A stretch of 64,000 nt of DNA from Candidatus Daviesbacteria bacterium (GTDB taxonomy: Bacteria; Patescibacteriota; Microgenomatia; Daviesbacterales; UBA10151), in NCBI GenBank assembly GCA_021731695.1, contig JAKFWZ010000080.1, forward strand, positions 34,021 through 98,020. Reading direction: 5' to 3'. The position numbers and the translations under genes are program-made. This document shows, one piece after another, positions 10,201 to 20,435 of the stretch. Positions within the stretch are counted from its first letter, which is position 1. Each line of letters starts with the position of its first letter. The notes beneath the pieces were generated by a model that had not been told where the DNA came from, ran no database searches, and saw only the letters and a program-made list of their open reading frames with translations.

Positions 10201-10450
10201 GCGAGCATGAACGCAGCACCGTTGCTTTGCGAAGCAAAGGGCGTATTAGAATTCTTGAGTGAGCTGTCAGGGAGTGTCGGCTTCAGTTTACTGAAGACCG
10301 AAGTGGGCTCTGCACGAAGTGCGAGCGGGAGTCTAAATGACTCCCCGGAATGTCCCGACAAGTGAACGAAAGAATTTAGGCGACCGTTCCTGTCTCGCAG
10401 AGTTTTGCTTCTTTTGCGGTCAAAAGAAGAAAGAAAGAATTTTGTGATCA
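10201..10450 (+). repeat. Family-2 repeat element, copy C
   Basis: core tagaattcttgagtgagctgtcaggg and hairpin cttcttttg-cggt-caaaagaag. Confidence 0.8.
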
Positions 10451-10466
10451 AAGTAACAAGTAAGAA

Positions 10467-12122
10467 TTAACTATTAAAAATTTCTGAAGCTATTTTTATA
10501 ATTTCATCATCAGCTGCAACTTCCACATTCGCCACTTCCTCAATCCCAACCAATCTTTTGCCCAACCTTGTTGAAACTTTCACAGGCTTTCCTAAGACTT
10601 CAGCTAAAATTGACTCAAGTAAATTTCTTGATTTAGGCGCCTCCAGAATCCTTTGATGAAATGAATAGGGAACTTCGAGAATAACATTCGAACCATCACA
10701 ATTTACAACTTTTGTTTGTTTTAAAAGAGCCTCAAGCGAATAATTATAAGGCTTAATTGTTTCCAATATATAGGTCCATTTATCACTGATTACAATTACA
10801 TCGTCAGTCGACTGCATATCATCAACTGAAGGAATTGGCTCGGATTTGGACGATGGAGGATTGATGATAGAAAATGGGTTTTTGGGAATAGAAGGCTGAG
10901 AATAGACTTCTTTTTCTATTCTTCCAACTTCTACCTTCAAAACACTATCTTCCATCCTACTATATTCGACCTTCGGTTGTTCCTTTGATATGCTTTTCAC
11001 AACCGCAACTTCCAGAGGTAAAACTGCAAGAGTTGTGTACTTAAGTTGTTCTAAAACAGCCTGGAAATTTTCAATGTATGAAACAATTTGTCCGATCTCA
11101 GATTTATCCGCAAAACCCTTAACTTCTTCCCACTTTGCAGTTCCAAGTTCAGATTTAATTGGTTCAACAACTCCATTTTTAGTAAGCATCACAGACCTTA
11201 AAGTCTTCAAAACCAGGTTCGTGAATTCCTTTATATTCGCACCCTTTTCGCTCAAGCTATTAATCAATACTAAGCATTCAGTAGATTTTTTTTGCTGAAT
11301 TAAATTAAGTAAGTTCATAATCTCAGAAAAATCATTTGCTTTAAGCAATGCGCGAACTTCTTCCGGAGTTTTAACGCCTGATGAAGCTATCTGATCAAGA
11401 TTTTTAACAGCATCCCTGAAACTGCCTTCACTTCTTTCGGATATTAAGCTTAAGATTTCATCATTCAATTCCAATTTTTCTTTTTCTGCAATATCTTTAA
11501 GCACTGATTTAATTTGATCACCGGAAGCTAAATTGAAATCAAATCTTTGCACACGGGATAAAATTGTCTGAGGGATTTTTCGATCCTCAGTTGTGGCTAA
11601 AATAAACAAAACGTGTGCAGGCGGTTCTTCTAAAGTTTTCAGAAGCGCATTGAATGCTTCAGGAGTAAGCATATGAACTTCATCGATAATATAAACTTTC
11701 ATCCTCGCTGAGCTCGGAGAAAGTTTGATCTTTTCGCGCAAGTCACGGATATCATCAATTCCCCGGTTTGAAGCGGCATCAATTTCGATCAAGTCCATGT
11801 TAGAACCGTCGGTTATTGAGATGCAGGCTGAGCATTTATTGCAGGGAATCTTTAAGTCGCTAGAATCTAGAGTCGAGAGTCTAGGGGTTTCCTTTTTTTC
11901 ACTAGATTCTAGACTCTGGCGACTAGACTCCTGCGCTTCACAATTTACAAGCTTTGCCAGAATCCGGGCTGTTGAAGTTTTTCCTGATCCTCTTGGGCCG
12001 ACAAATAAGTATGCATGTCCTAATTTTCCCAGGCTAAATGCATTTAAAAGAGTTTTTTTAACATGATCCTGCCCGATAAGTTGTTCAAAATTTTGAGGTC
12101 GGTACTTGCGATAAAAAACCAT
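10467..12122 (-). CDS. dnaX: DNA polymerase III subunit gamma/tau
   Basis: MVFYRKYRPQ start, Walker A GPRGSGKTS, zinc module; in-frame palindrome at 11859-11932. Confidence 0.9.
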   Translation of the reverse strand: MVFYRKYRPQNFEQLIGQDHVKKTLLNAFSLGKLGHAYLFVGPRGSGKTSTARILAKLVNCEAQESSRQSLESSEKKETPRLSTLDSSDLKIPCNKCSACISITDGSNMDLIEIDAASNRGIDDIRDLREKIKLSPSSARMKVYIIDEVHMLTPEAFNALLKTLEEPPAHVLFILATTEDRKIPQTILSRVQRFDFNLASGDQIKSVLKDIAEKEKLELNDEILSLISERSEGSFRDAVKNLDQIASSGVKTPEEVRALLKANDFSEIMNLLNLIQQKKSTECLVLINSLSEKGANIKEFTNLVLKTLRSVMLTKNGVVEPIKSELGTAKWEEVKGFADKSEIGQIVSYIENFQAVLEQLKYTTLAVLPLEVAVVKSISKEQPKVEYSRMEDSVLKVEVGRIEKEVYSQPSIPKNPFSIINPPSSKSEPIPSVDDMQSTDDVIVISDKWTYILETIKPYNYSLEALLKQTKVVNCDGSNVILEVPYSFHQRILEAPKSRNLLESILAEVLGKPVKVSTRLGKRLVGIEEVANVEVAADDEIIKIASEIFNS

Positions 12123-12131
12123 AAGTTGGAA

Positions 12132-12227
12132 ATAAAACCAATTCCCAATATAACAAATAAAACCAATTCCCAATAATCGTTTTCATTGGGCATTTGGCAT
12201 TGGTTTATTGGATTTATTGGTTTATTA
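12132..12227. repeat. CCAAT/ATTGG-rich intergenic palindromic element
   Basis: aaaccaattcccaata x2 ... attgggcatttggcattggtttattgg. Confidence 0.6.
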
Positions 12228-12238
12228 AGTTAAAGAGA

Positions 12239-12670
12239 TTAGTCATGATGGATGCCTAGGAGATGACGGGTTCCGTGTTCAACCAAAAACCTTAATTCCT
12301 CTTCAATTGAAACTCCTTCGATCGCTGCATCTTTGATGATTTGAGGATATGAAATCAAAATATCTCCAAGCCTTAAAACTTTATCCGGCGCTTTTACGAA
12401 TCCTACTTTTGGAATATGTTGAAGGCTTGATGTTGTTGAAGGATCTTCGAGCGGAAAAGATAAAATATTTGTGGTTGCATCCTGACCGCGGAATTTTTTA
12501 TTGATCTCATGCATTTTGCGGTCGCCAACAACTGCGACACCTATTTCTAGATTTCCATGAACATGATGCTGTTTTAAAATCTCTAAAACTGTTGCCTGAA
12601 TTCCTAATTTATTAACCGGATACTTTGGATCTGAATTAACGACGATATTAATCATATATAAAAGCGTCAT
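12239..12670 (-). CDS. ybeY: rRNA maturation RNase YbeY
   Basis: HGTRHLLGIHHD zinc-binding motif near C-terminus; start codon overlaps a Family-1 element. Confidence 0.75.
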   Translation of the reverse strand: MTLLYMINIVVNSDPKYPVNKLGIQATVLEILKQHHVHGNLEIGVAVVGDRKMHEINKKFRGQDATTNILSFPLEDPSTTSSLQHIPKVGFVKAPDKVLRLGDILISYPQIIKDAAIEGVSIEEELRFLVEHGTRHLLGIHHD

Positions 12671-12744
12671 TGCGAGGAGTGAAACGACGTGGCAATCTTG
12701 ATTAAATCAGGATTCCTACGCGCATTTCATGCGCTCTGAATGAC
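12666..12744. repeat. Family-1 palindromic element, intergenic copy
   Basis: gtcattgcgagg ... ggcaatcttgatt ... aggattcctacgcgc-atttcat-gcgctctgaatgac. Confidence 0.8.
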
Positions 12745-12750
12745 AAAACA

Positions 12751-13194
12751 CTAACTCTGTAACTTCCCCCTTACCATTGAACTAACCCTTGCGCCTTCAA
12801 CACGTTGACCGGCCTTCTCCATTACTAAACCTATTACCTTACCCATATCTGCCAAAGACGCAGCCCCTGTCTCAGTTATAGACTCCTCAACAATTTTAGT
12901 CAACTCCTCATCTGAGATCTGTTCTGGCAAGTAAGTTTCCAAGATCTTAAGTTCAGCCTCTTCTTTCGAAGCGAGTTCAGGCCTGTTACCCTTTGTAAAG
13001 CTTTCAATTGACTCTTTCCGTTTTTTAGCTTCTTTTTGAATAGCAGAAATTACATCTTCATCAGACAAATTTTCTGTTTGTTTAGCAACCTTCGCGTAAG
13101 TGAGTTCGGATATCAAAAGTCGCAAGGTCGCAACTTTAACTTCATCTTTTGCAAGTTGAGCCTGTTTTAAATCTTCGCGTAATTTATTTTCCAT
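12751..13194 (-). CDS. yqeY: GatB/YqeY domain protein
   Basis: YqeY-family N-terminal motif and size (147 aa). Confidence 0.75.
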   Translation of the reverse strand: MENKLREDLKQAQLAKDEVKVATLRLLISELTYAKVAKQTENLSDEDVISAIQKEAKKRKESIESFTKGNRPELASKEEAELKILETYLPEQISDEELTKIVEESITETGAASLADMGKVIGLVMEKAGQRVEGARVSSMVRGKLQS

Positions 13195-13203
13195 TTTATA
13201 AGC

Positions 13204-13308
13204 GTCATTGCGAGGAACGACCTGCCTACCGTCAGGCAGGAGTGACGTGGCAATCTTGATTAAAGCAAAATCAGGATTCCTACGCGCACTCTGTGCGCTC
13301 TGAATGAC
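13204..13308. repeat. Family-1 palindromic element, intergenic copy
   Basis: gtcattgcgaggaacgacctgcctaccgtcaggcagg ... gcgctctgaatgac. Confidence 0.8.
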
Positions 13309-13313
13309 AAACC

Positions 13314-13517
13314 TTAAGCATTAGCTAAACGTTTTGCTCTCCTGATTTTTCGGTCTCTTTCAGCAAGCTTTTCTTTTCTTTTCTCTGAGTTCTTTTTATG
13401 GAACATCATATCGCGGTATTCCTGAACAACTTTATCCATAACAACCCTTTTTTGGAATTTACGGATTACAGCGTCAGAATTATCATTTGGTCCGGCTTTT
13501 ACTATAATTGATGACAT
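13314..13517 (-). CDS. rpsU: 30S ribosomal protein S21
   Basis: 67 aa, basic C-terminus, S21 pattern FQKRVV ... RRAKRL. Confidence 0.85.
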   Translation of the reverse strand: MSSIIVKAGPNDNSDAVIRKFQKRVVMDKVVQEYRDMMFHKKNSEKRKEKLAERDRKIRRAKRLANA

Positions 13518-13690
13518 TTGGTTGGGTTATGAGTAATGAGTTCGGAGTTATGAGAATTAAACTCATAACAAATAACTCAAGCAGCTTTGCTGCGTACTCA
13601 TAACTTAAATAACACCTCCTTTAAGACTAGTTATTATATTACATTTAAAGACCGACCGCAATTTAGGGAAAATATATAGAAGTAGATCAA

Positions 13691-14200
13691 TTAATAGGCC
13701 GGTTTTTCTGTTGACAATCTGGATGCAACTCTGAAGACTCTTTGTAGTTTATCTCTATCAACTCCATAACTAGCGAATTGATTCAAAATCGGATTTTGCT
13801 CTTGATTAACTAAAAGACCAAGCATTAAATGACTAGTATTAAAAAACGCTACACCCGCGCGAGCTCTCCGGGCTATTTGTATTCCGTTTCTGACCGCACC
13901 TTTTGCTCTGGCAGTAAAAGGAACTCCATCGATTTGTTCCCAATCGCCTTCATTAATCGGTTTATGCACAATAACAGAATCTAAGCTTAGTCTCATTTTA
14001 TCTGGATCAATACCTAAGCCCACAACCAATGCTCGCACATTCGCGTTATTGTCCAAAGCAGCTCGTGCGATATCAACTGTAGTAACGGGTTTTCCCGTAT
14101 CTCTTAATCTGGCAATTTCGGCTGTAGTATCCAATACACGAATTACTTCGAAAGTTGGTGCTTTACTGTAAGCTCGAGAAAAATGCTCTAAGGTAATCAT
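13691..14200 (-). CDS. Clp N-terminal repeat domain protein (putative adaptor)
   Basis: two Clp_N-like repeats (NVRALVVGLGID / NPILNQFASYGVD). Confidence 0.45.
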   Translation of the reverse strand: MITLEHFSRAYSKAPTFEVIRVLDTTAEIARLRDTGKPVTTVDIARAALDNNANVRALVVGLGIDPDKMRLSLDSVIVHKPINEGDWEQIDGVPFTARAKGAVRNGIQIARRARAGVAFFNTSHLMLGLLVNQEQNPILNQFASYGVDRDKLQRVFRVASRLSTEKPAY

Positions 14201-14237
14201 GGTGGATATTATCTAATATTTAATACTATAAGTCAAA

Positions 14238-15287
14238 TTACTTAACTATAGTTTTGAGGAGATTTAGAGTCTTTGTTTGTCTTAATGCATGTCTTAAATG
14301 CATCTGTGGTTCTTGCTGGGTAAATTGCTGCTTTACTTTATTATCTTGAATTTTATCAATCTCAGCTTGTAACTCAGCATCATTTATATTCACATTCTCC
14401 TGTCGCGCAACTTCAGATAATCCAAGCTCCATGCGCACATTTCTCTCAGCCTGCGGCCTCCATTCAGCTTTTAACTGATCAATCGTTTTTTTCTGTCCTT
14501 TTAAATATTCCTCCATTAAGAGTCCGCGGTCTGAAACATTTCTTTGTAAAGATAAAAGCATTCGGGCAAGCTCATCTGCAACTAAAACTTCTGGAATATC
14601 TACCTGAGTTATTTTTTCAACTTCCTGCAAAATCGATTCTTCGTAATCCAGTTCATTATTATATTTTGCGTCAGCTTCTAAATCTGCCTGTATTTTTGTG
14701 CGCAGTTCTGAAAGAGATCCAACCCCCATTTGTTTTGCGAATTCATCATTCGGAACTGCAGTTTGCGGCACTTGCGGCATTGCCGGATTTGCAGGATTTC
14801 CCGCAGTATTACCGGGCTGAACCGGCTGTCTTAATTTCCATCTGTTAAAAAGATCAGCTACAACTTTATTAACATCATCTTCAGTTGCTGTTTTTATTTG
14901 AGGTCTTTTTGCATTTAGGATTTTATAATTTCCAACTTTAACTTCCGGCTTAACAGTAACTCTGGCATTAAATTTTAATTCTCCACCCTGTGCAAAAGCG
15001 GTTACATTATATTGAGGATAATCGATTGGAACATATGTTGATCCCTGAAGAGCCTGGATTAACGCAGCAGGCATAATCTGCTTTAGAGCTTCCTGCTGAA
15101 CCTGAGGCAATATTCTTGGTCCAACAATATTTGCCGGTGCCTGACCTTTTCTAAATCCTGGAATTTCAACTTCTGAAGCTAAATGATTGTAAACCTCATC
15201 CCATTTAGGCTGTAAATCCGCCCATTGCAAAGTAATCTGGATATCAATCTGGGATTTAGGTAATTTAACAATATTCTTAGTTAGCAT
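14238..15287 (-). CDS. tig: trigger factor
   Basis: N-terminal ribosome-binding motif GFRKGQAP, PPIase-like middle, length. Confidence 0.85.
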   Translation of the reverse strand: MLTKNIVKLPKSQIDIQITLQWADLQPKWDEVYNHLASEVEIPGFRKGQAPANIVGPRILPQVQQEALKQIMPAALIQALQGSTYVPIDYPQYNVTAFAQGGELKFNARVTVKPEVKVGNYKILNAKRPQIKTATEDDVNKVVADLFNRWKLRQPVQPGNTAGNPANPAMPQVPQTAVPNDEFAKQMGVGSLSELRTKIQADLEADAKYNNELDYEESILQEVEKITQVDIPEVLVADELARMLLSLQRNVSDRGLLMEEYLKGQKKTIDQLKAEWRPQAERNVRMELGLSEVARQENVNINDAELQAEIDKIQDNKVKQQFTQQEPQMHLRHALRQTKTLNLLKTIVK

Positions 15288-15339
15288 ATATTTTTATCGG
15301 GCAATGGGTAAGGATACCAAATTTGAGCGTGTAAATCAA

Positions 15340-15636
15340 TTAATCAGATCGCGGGGGACGGTTGGCATCACGCCGCTTTTCAAATCTTATTATTGATTCA
15401 ATATTTTGCCATAAGAATGGAGAAGGTGTCATAGGAGGAATACCGCTTAAGAGTGCTTTCATTAAAGGGAATTCAATAACTGAACCTCTTTCTTCGCAAG
15501 ACCATTTTCTTTCAACCGGTTTAGCAGATCGCCTGACTTCTCCCATCGTCCAAATTTTTGTAGAGCCACAAGACCCTTTTAACATCCTTTCCCGATATCC
15601 TTCACCCTCACCTTCCAAAAATTTTATTATAGCCAT
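15340..15636 (-). CDS. hypothetical small protein, start overlaps proS stop (TAATG)
   Basis: ATG/TAA overlap suggests translational coupling; no homology recognised. Confidence 0.3.
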   Translation of the reverse strand: MAIIKFLEGEGEGYRERMLKGSCGSTKIWTMGEVRRSAKPVERKWSCEERGSVIEFPLMKALLSGIPPMTPSPFLWQNIESIIRFEKRRDANRPPRSD

Positions 15637-16862
15637 TATTTTATTTTAGCCAGGAGAGTTTTTAAACTCATGAACTCAGTTTCTTTTTCATTTCTTTTTT
15701 TAACTTCAATCTTCTCCCCTGTTTTTTTGGAGACAACAATACGAGTTGGAATTCCGATTAAATCTGCATCTGCGAATTTTTCTCCAGCGCGGGCGTCGCG
15801 ATCATCATATAAAACTTCTATTCCTGCAGCCTGTAACTGATTATAAACATCCTCAACTTTGGCCTTAATTTCTTTATCCTCGAGATCTAAGCCAACTAAA
15901 TGAACTTGATATGGCGCCACCGTTTCAGGCCAAATAATCCCCTTTTCATCATTAAACACTTCAACAATCGTACCCATAACTCGTGAGATTCCTAAACCAT
16001 AACAGCCTGCAGAAACAATTTGTTCTTCGCCTTTTTCATCCTGAAAAGTTAATTTAAAAGTTTCGGCAAAGGCAGATTTTAAAGGGAAAATATTTGCAAC
16101 TTCAATTGCTTTTTCCTCATCCACTTCCCCTCCGCATTCAGGGCATTTTCCGGAATTGTCGTAGATTTCAGTATTTATTGCATGAGAGCATTTTTTGCAG
16201 ATATAAACTATATCTTCCCCGCTAGGAGTCAGCGTCTGGAATTCTTGGGAAATATCTGAGAATGTTCCACCTCCAGCTTTAGTTTCTACTACAGGGAGTC
16301 CGATTCTCTTAAAAATTTTCAAGTATGCTTCGCGGACTTTTTCATAATATTTATTTCTGTCTTCATCGCTAGTATGAAATGAATACAAATCCTTCATTAA
16401 AAACTCTCTTCCACGAAGCAATCCAGCTTTCGCTCTTAGTTCATTTCTGAATTTGATTTGAATCTGATATAGAGCGAGCGGCAAATCTCTATATGAAGAA
16501 ACGAATTCTGCAGCTAAAGGATAAATAATTTCCTCGTGCGTTGGACCTAAAACAAAATCAGAATCCTGCGCGCCTTTTAATTTAAATAAAACATCAAATG
16601 AATCAAATCTGCCTGTCTTTTTCCAGTTATCTCCAGGATGAAGCGCAGGCATAACAATTTCCTGTCCTCCTACTGCAGTCATTTCCTCCCTAACAATATC
16701 TGATATTTTATTCAAAACTCTCCAGCCTAAAGGCAAAAATGAATAAACTCCAGCCATCTCCTGATGAATAAAACCGGCTCTTGTTAAAAGCTGCGAGTTT
16801 ACAGACTCCGCACCTGCCGGCGATGCTTTTTGAGTTTTTGGAAATAATTTACTATATTTCAT
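15636..16862 (-). CDS. proS: prolyl-tRNA synthetase (short form lacking editing insertion)
   Basis: class II aaRS motifs, bacterial ProS N-terminus (SQLLTRAGFI), C-terminal Cys cluster. Confidence 0.9.
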   Translation of the reverse strand: MKYSKLFPKTQKASPAGAESVNSQLLTRAGFIHQEMAGVYSFLPLGWRVLNKISDIVREEMTAVGGQEIVMPALHPGDNWKKTGRFDSFDVLFKLKGAQDSDFVLGPTHEEIIYPLAAEFVSSYRDLPLALYQIQIKFRNELRAKAGLLRGREFLMKDLYSFHTSDEDRNKYYEKVREAYLKIFKRIGLPVVETKAGGGTFSDISQEFQTLTPSGEDIVYICKKCSHAINTEIYDNSGKCPECGGEVDEEKAIEVANIFPLKSAFAETFKLTFQDEKGEEQIVSAGCYGLGISRVMGTIVEVFNDEKGIIWPETVAPYQVHLVGLDLEDKEIKAKVEDVYNQLQAAGIEVLYDDRDARAGEKFADADLIGIPTRIVVSKKTGEKIEVKKRNEKETEFMSLKTLLAKIK

Positions 16863-16930
16863 ATTTATTACTATTCAAGATTATATATCATTTGTTTGGG
16901 TAAGTACTTTTTAATTTAAAACCCAAACAT

Positions 16931-17488
16931 TTAGTTATTTTGTGCTCTTTCAATTAAAGCAACTAATCCGTGCTTAATTACCTCATTACCCAATTGCTTT
17001 CTAATTCCATAGTAATTATGTTTACTTCCATGATGCACATAATACCTTCTGCATAATCGTCTATCCCTTAAAATTGCCAAATCCACTAAAGATTTTAATG
17101 AGTCAGCTTCAGATCGTAATACTCCACTATAAAACGACCCATCTTCATAGGTAAAATCGCCAGCTAAGTATTTCACTGCAACTATTGAAGAACGTTGTCT
17201 TTCCTCTCTTCTTTCTTGTTGGTAAGCTGCTTGCATCTCCGATTCAGTTAAACCACTCCACATATAGTCATATAAAAAGTGCAGCCGTTTCCAATTAAAT
17301 TCTAATTTAACTTTTACTCTTCTATCCTGAGCTCTTTCTGCAGTACCATTCAGCCAATGATTCATAATCATTGCTAAATGATTTCTTTGTTGTGCCATAA
17401 CTTGTTCATAGGTTTGGTGCTCGTCTTTCCATCGTAGCGTCTGCAACATTCCCTTCTGTGTTTCCTGTTCATATAATCTATCTAACAT
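16931..17488 (-). CDS. hypothetical protein with atypical composition (Q/R/W-rich)
   Basis: complete ORF; composition differs from neighbours; no family recognised. Confidence 0.35.
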   Translation of the reverse strand: MLDRLYEQETQKGMLQTLRWKDEHQTYEQVMAQQRNHLAMIMNHWLNGTAERAQDRRVKVKLEFNWKRLHFLYDYMWSGLTESEMQAAYQQERREERQRSSIVAVKYLAGDFTYEDGSFYSGVLRSEADSLKSLVDLAILRDRRLCRRYYVHHGSKHNYYGIRKQLGNEVIKHGLVALIERAQNN

Positions 17489-17848
17489 ATTCTCACCTCC
17501 TTTCGGGCATAAAAAAGCCCTTGCAAGCTCACTATTTATCTGGATTCCAGATCAAGTCTGGAATGACAATAGTAAACTCACAAGGGCCTTGAATAGGCGG
17601 TACCACCTTGTACTAATTATCTATGAATGCTAATCGCAATTCTTGCTTTTAGCAATAAAAAACCACCTCGCGGTGGAAGACTCAAAGATAATTCTCATTG
17701 AGCGCTCCGTTACCGACACGCTTTGCAGTACTTTTACGGTTAGCTCCCGTCATAGTTATTAGCTATGCAGCTTGTTTGGTAGGATGCCAAACTCAAATGC
17801 TTTTCTAAACTTAATAAATTATAGCAAAATTAGCGGAAAAGTCAAAAT

Positions 17849-19006
17849 TTAGTGCGGGAGTAATTTCGCGATGTCGGAAATTGAGATCAAAATAATTAAT
17901 GCAATCAGGAAAAATAATCCGAATGTATGAATATATCTTTCAACATTCGCATGAGTCTTCTTTCTGGTTACAGCTTCGATTGCTAAAAACAGGAAGCGTC
18001 CTCCGTCTAAACCGGGGAAAGGCAAAATGTTTACAATGGCAAGATTTAGCGAGAGAGCTGCAACAAAGTCTAAATATTTGAGGACAGGATTCTCTCCTCC
18101 CAAAATTTGATTCGCAACCGCAACGATACCTATTGGACCGGCTACGGCCTGACTAACAGGTTCTATATTTCTTTCTTTAACTGAAATATCGATCAGTTGT
18201 CCCAAAACAACTCCTGAGTATCCCAGTAAGTTATAACTATAAATTGGGCCGGCAAAAAATCTTTGTATTGGAGTGTCAAAACCTAAGTAAGCATCCCTAA
18301 CAAAGCCCAATGAAACCCCCAGAGCTCCTTGATCTTTAGGTGGATTTATACGAGGAATCATTGTTACTTTCCTGCTGTTATCTCCTTGTATGTCCGTTAC
18401 ATCAAGCGTAACAGGTGTTCCTGCACTTTTTTTAATATCGTCAATAAATTTCTGACTGTCGGCTATTTGCTGACCATTCAAGGTAATTAATCTGTCTCCG
18501 TCTTTTAAACCAGCCTGTGCTGCAGGAGAATCTGGCTGTATATTGCCTACAATGATGGCAGATTTAACAGTCTCATTAACTCCCACAAAATCATAATCAA
18601 AATAGAGAGGTAACTTTGTCTTAAATCCCTGAACTCCTAAAACGATATAAAACAATCCCCAGGCCAAAAGAAGATTCATTACAACACCGGCAACAACAAC
18701 TGAGATCCTTTGCCAGACTGGCTTTGCAGCGAAAGATCTTTTGTTATCTAAAACATTTTTATCAACCTCATCTTCACCTAAAAGACGCACAAATCCTCCT
18801 AAAGGCAACCAGTTTAAGCTCCAGATTGTTTCTCCGATTTTTTTACCCCAGGCTCTCGGTGGAATTCCGAAACCAAATTCTAAAACCTTGATATCGAATT
18901 TTTTGGCCGCGAAGAAATGACCGAATTCGTGAATAACAACGAGAACCAGAAGGGTGATGATGAAGACTATGATGACAAATACGAGGAAAAGGAAATCATT
19001 AAACAT
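17849..19006 (-). CDS. rseP: RIP metalloprotease RseP (site-2 protease, M50 with PDZ)
   Basis: HEFGHF HExxH motif in TM1, PDZ domain, LDGG motif. Confidence 0.85.
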   Translation of the reverse strand: MFNDFLFLVFVIIVFIITLLVLVVIHEFGHFFAAKKFDIKVLEFGFGIPPRAWGKKIGETIWSLNWLPLGGFVRLLGEDEVDKNVLDNKRSFAAKPVWQRISVVVAGVVMNLLLAWGLFYIVLGVQGFKTKLPLYFDYDFVGVNETVKSAIIVGNIQPDSPAAQAGLKDGDRLITLNGQQIADSQKFIDDIKKSAGTPVTLDVTDIQGDNSRKVTMIPRINPPKDQGALGVSLGFVRDAYLGFDTPIQRFFAGPIYSYNLLGYSGVVLGQLIDISVKERNIEPVSQAVAGPIGIVAVANQILGGENPVLKYLDFVAALSLNLAIVNILPFPGLDGGRFLFLAIEAVTRKKTHANVERYIHTFGLFFLIALIILISISDIAKLLPH

Positions 19007-19045
19007 GAATTAAGATTTTATAGGAAATTCATCAAAAAAGCGAGT

Positions 19046-19693
19046 ATGTCTTCATTATCTAATCTAGACAAAACTATAGGATTATTATATAATACCCACA
19101 TGTTACCTACGTTTGATAGAGCCAATGTACTTGTAAATCATGCACTTAATAACGGTGAATTCCAGAGGTGGCTTACTGGTGTTAATTTAAGTACACCACA
19201 CCCGCTCCTTGAGCGGGCAACCGAATTGCTTCAAGCATTATCATTAACAGATGAGCAACGTGAAATTTTGAATGCATGGGGTGTGGGAAAGTTGACAACA
19301 ACCAGAAGACTAGCTCAGATCACTTATGGATCCACAGAACCTTACTTTTTAGGTCGAATCCATGACACAAGCTCGCAAATTCGAAGAAAGTTAGGAAAAT
19401 ACGATCCTAAAGCGAAACCATTGTTTAAGTTTCAAGGGGTGATCAAAGGAATTGGCGTAACCACCCGTTTACAACCTAATCAACTCGCAGCGATATTTGA
19501 GTTGAGAAGAGCTAATGAAAAATTTTATCCGAAAGAATTATTATCTGAAAAATTAACTGGTCGCCAGGATAAGACAGGAATCCATCATACAGTTGCTGTG
19601 ATTTGCCGAGCTCAGGCTATTTTACCTCCAAACCTAAAAATTGAGTCAGCAACTCATTTTTCAGCCTATAGACTGGTTAGTATCGGATCTTAA
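19046..19693 (+). CDS. hypothetical protein
   Basis: plus-strand ORF between rseP and frr; start moved to first ATG not overlapping rseP. Confidence 0.35.
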   Translation: MSSLSNLDKTIGLLYNTHMLPTFDRANVLVNHALNNGEFQRWLTGVNLSTPHPLLERATELLQALSLTDEQREILNAWGVGKLTTTRRLAQITYGSTEPYFLGRIHDTSSQIRRKLGKYDPKAKPLFKFQGVIKGIGVTTRLQPNQLAAIFELRRANEKFYPKELLSEKLTGRQDKTGIHHTVAVICRAQAILPPNLKIESATHFSAYRLVSIGS

Positions 19694-20244
19694 ATCTGCA
19701 TCAGATCTTCCTGCTTCTGTTTAACTAAAGAATCAAACTCCAGATTAGCTTTATCAACAATTTCCTGCATTAATTTTTCTCTTCTATACAATTCATCTTC
19801 CCCTATTTCCCCGGCAGTTTTTTCCTTTGCCCATTCATCTTTTTGATCCTGACGATGCTGCCTTATTGAAATTTTTGCTTCCTCGCCTTTAGTATGCGCA
19901 ACTTTTACAAATTCCTGGCGTCTTTCCTCAGTTAGGGGCGGAATCGGAACCCGTACAACTTGTCCTTCTGTTGAAGGAGTTAAACCTAAATTTGCACTCA
20001 TAATCGCTTTCTCAACATCACGGGTTAAGCCACCATCCCAAACTTGAATAGTTAAAAGTGCTGGTTGAGGTGTTGTAATAGTTCCAACTTCCATAAGTTT
20101 CATCTGGGCACCATAAGCATTAATCGGAATGTTTTCTATGAGTGAAGGGTTTGCACGGCCTGCACGAATTGCAGACAATTCTTTTTGAAGGTGTTCTAAC
20201 GAATCCTGAATTTTTTGTGAAAAGGTTAAAAGATTTGGGTCCAT
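19690..20244 (-). CDS. frr: ribosome recycling factor
   Basis: full-length RRF homology (LTEERRQE ... KISIRQHRQD). Confidence 0.9.
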   Translation of the reverse strand: MDPNLLTFSQKIQDSLEHLQKELSAIRAGRANPSLIENIPINAYGAQMKLMEVGTITTPQPALLTIQVWDGGLTRDVEKAIMSANLGLTPSTEGQVVRVPIPPLTEERRQEFVKVAHTKGEEAKISIRQHRQDQKDEWAKEKTAGEIGEDELYRREKLMQEIVDKANLEFDSLVKQKQEDLMQI

Positions 20245-20435
20245 TTTGAATTAAGTTTCCAAGAAATAAGCAGAGCTTGCGATTCTACGAATCTAAAGCA
20301 TAGCTTGCGAGCTTGCGCTCTTAAGATACAAGTATTCCAAACAATAATCAATATTAAAACTTTCAAATCTAAAATATTTGATTATTGAAAATTGTTATTT
20401 GGAGCTTGTTTGTTTCTTGCGTCTTGGACACTTGG

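Noticed and set aside
9995-10451. ORFs 9995-10210 and 10125-10451 as protein-coding genes
   Set aside because: They lie entirely within inverted copies of the Family-2 repeat. Similar pseudo-peptides (SLIGEPYPFGFFAN) appear at 27289-27555 and 42518-42745 wherever the repeat occurs, so they are translation artefacts of the element.
13518-13690. 12-codon uORF (MSTQQSCLSYLL) with AAGGAGG SD in the rpsU leader
   Set aside because: SD spacing of 13 nt is long and the region is dominated by gttatgag/ctcataac palindromes, more likely an RNA structure. Kept only as a remark.
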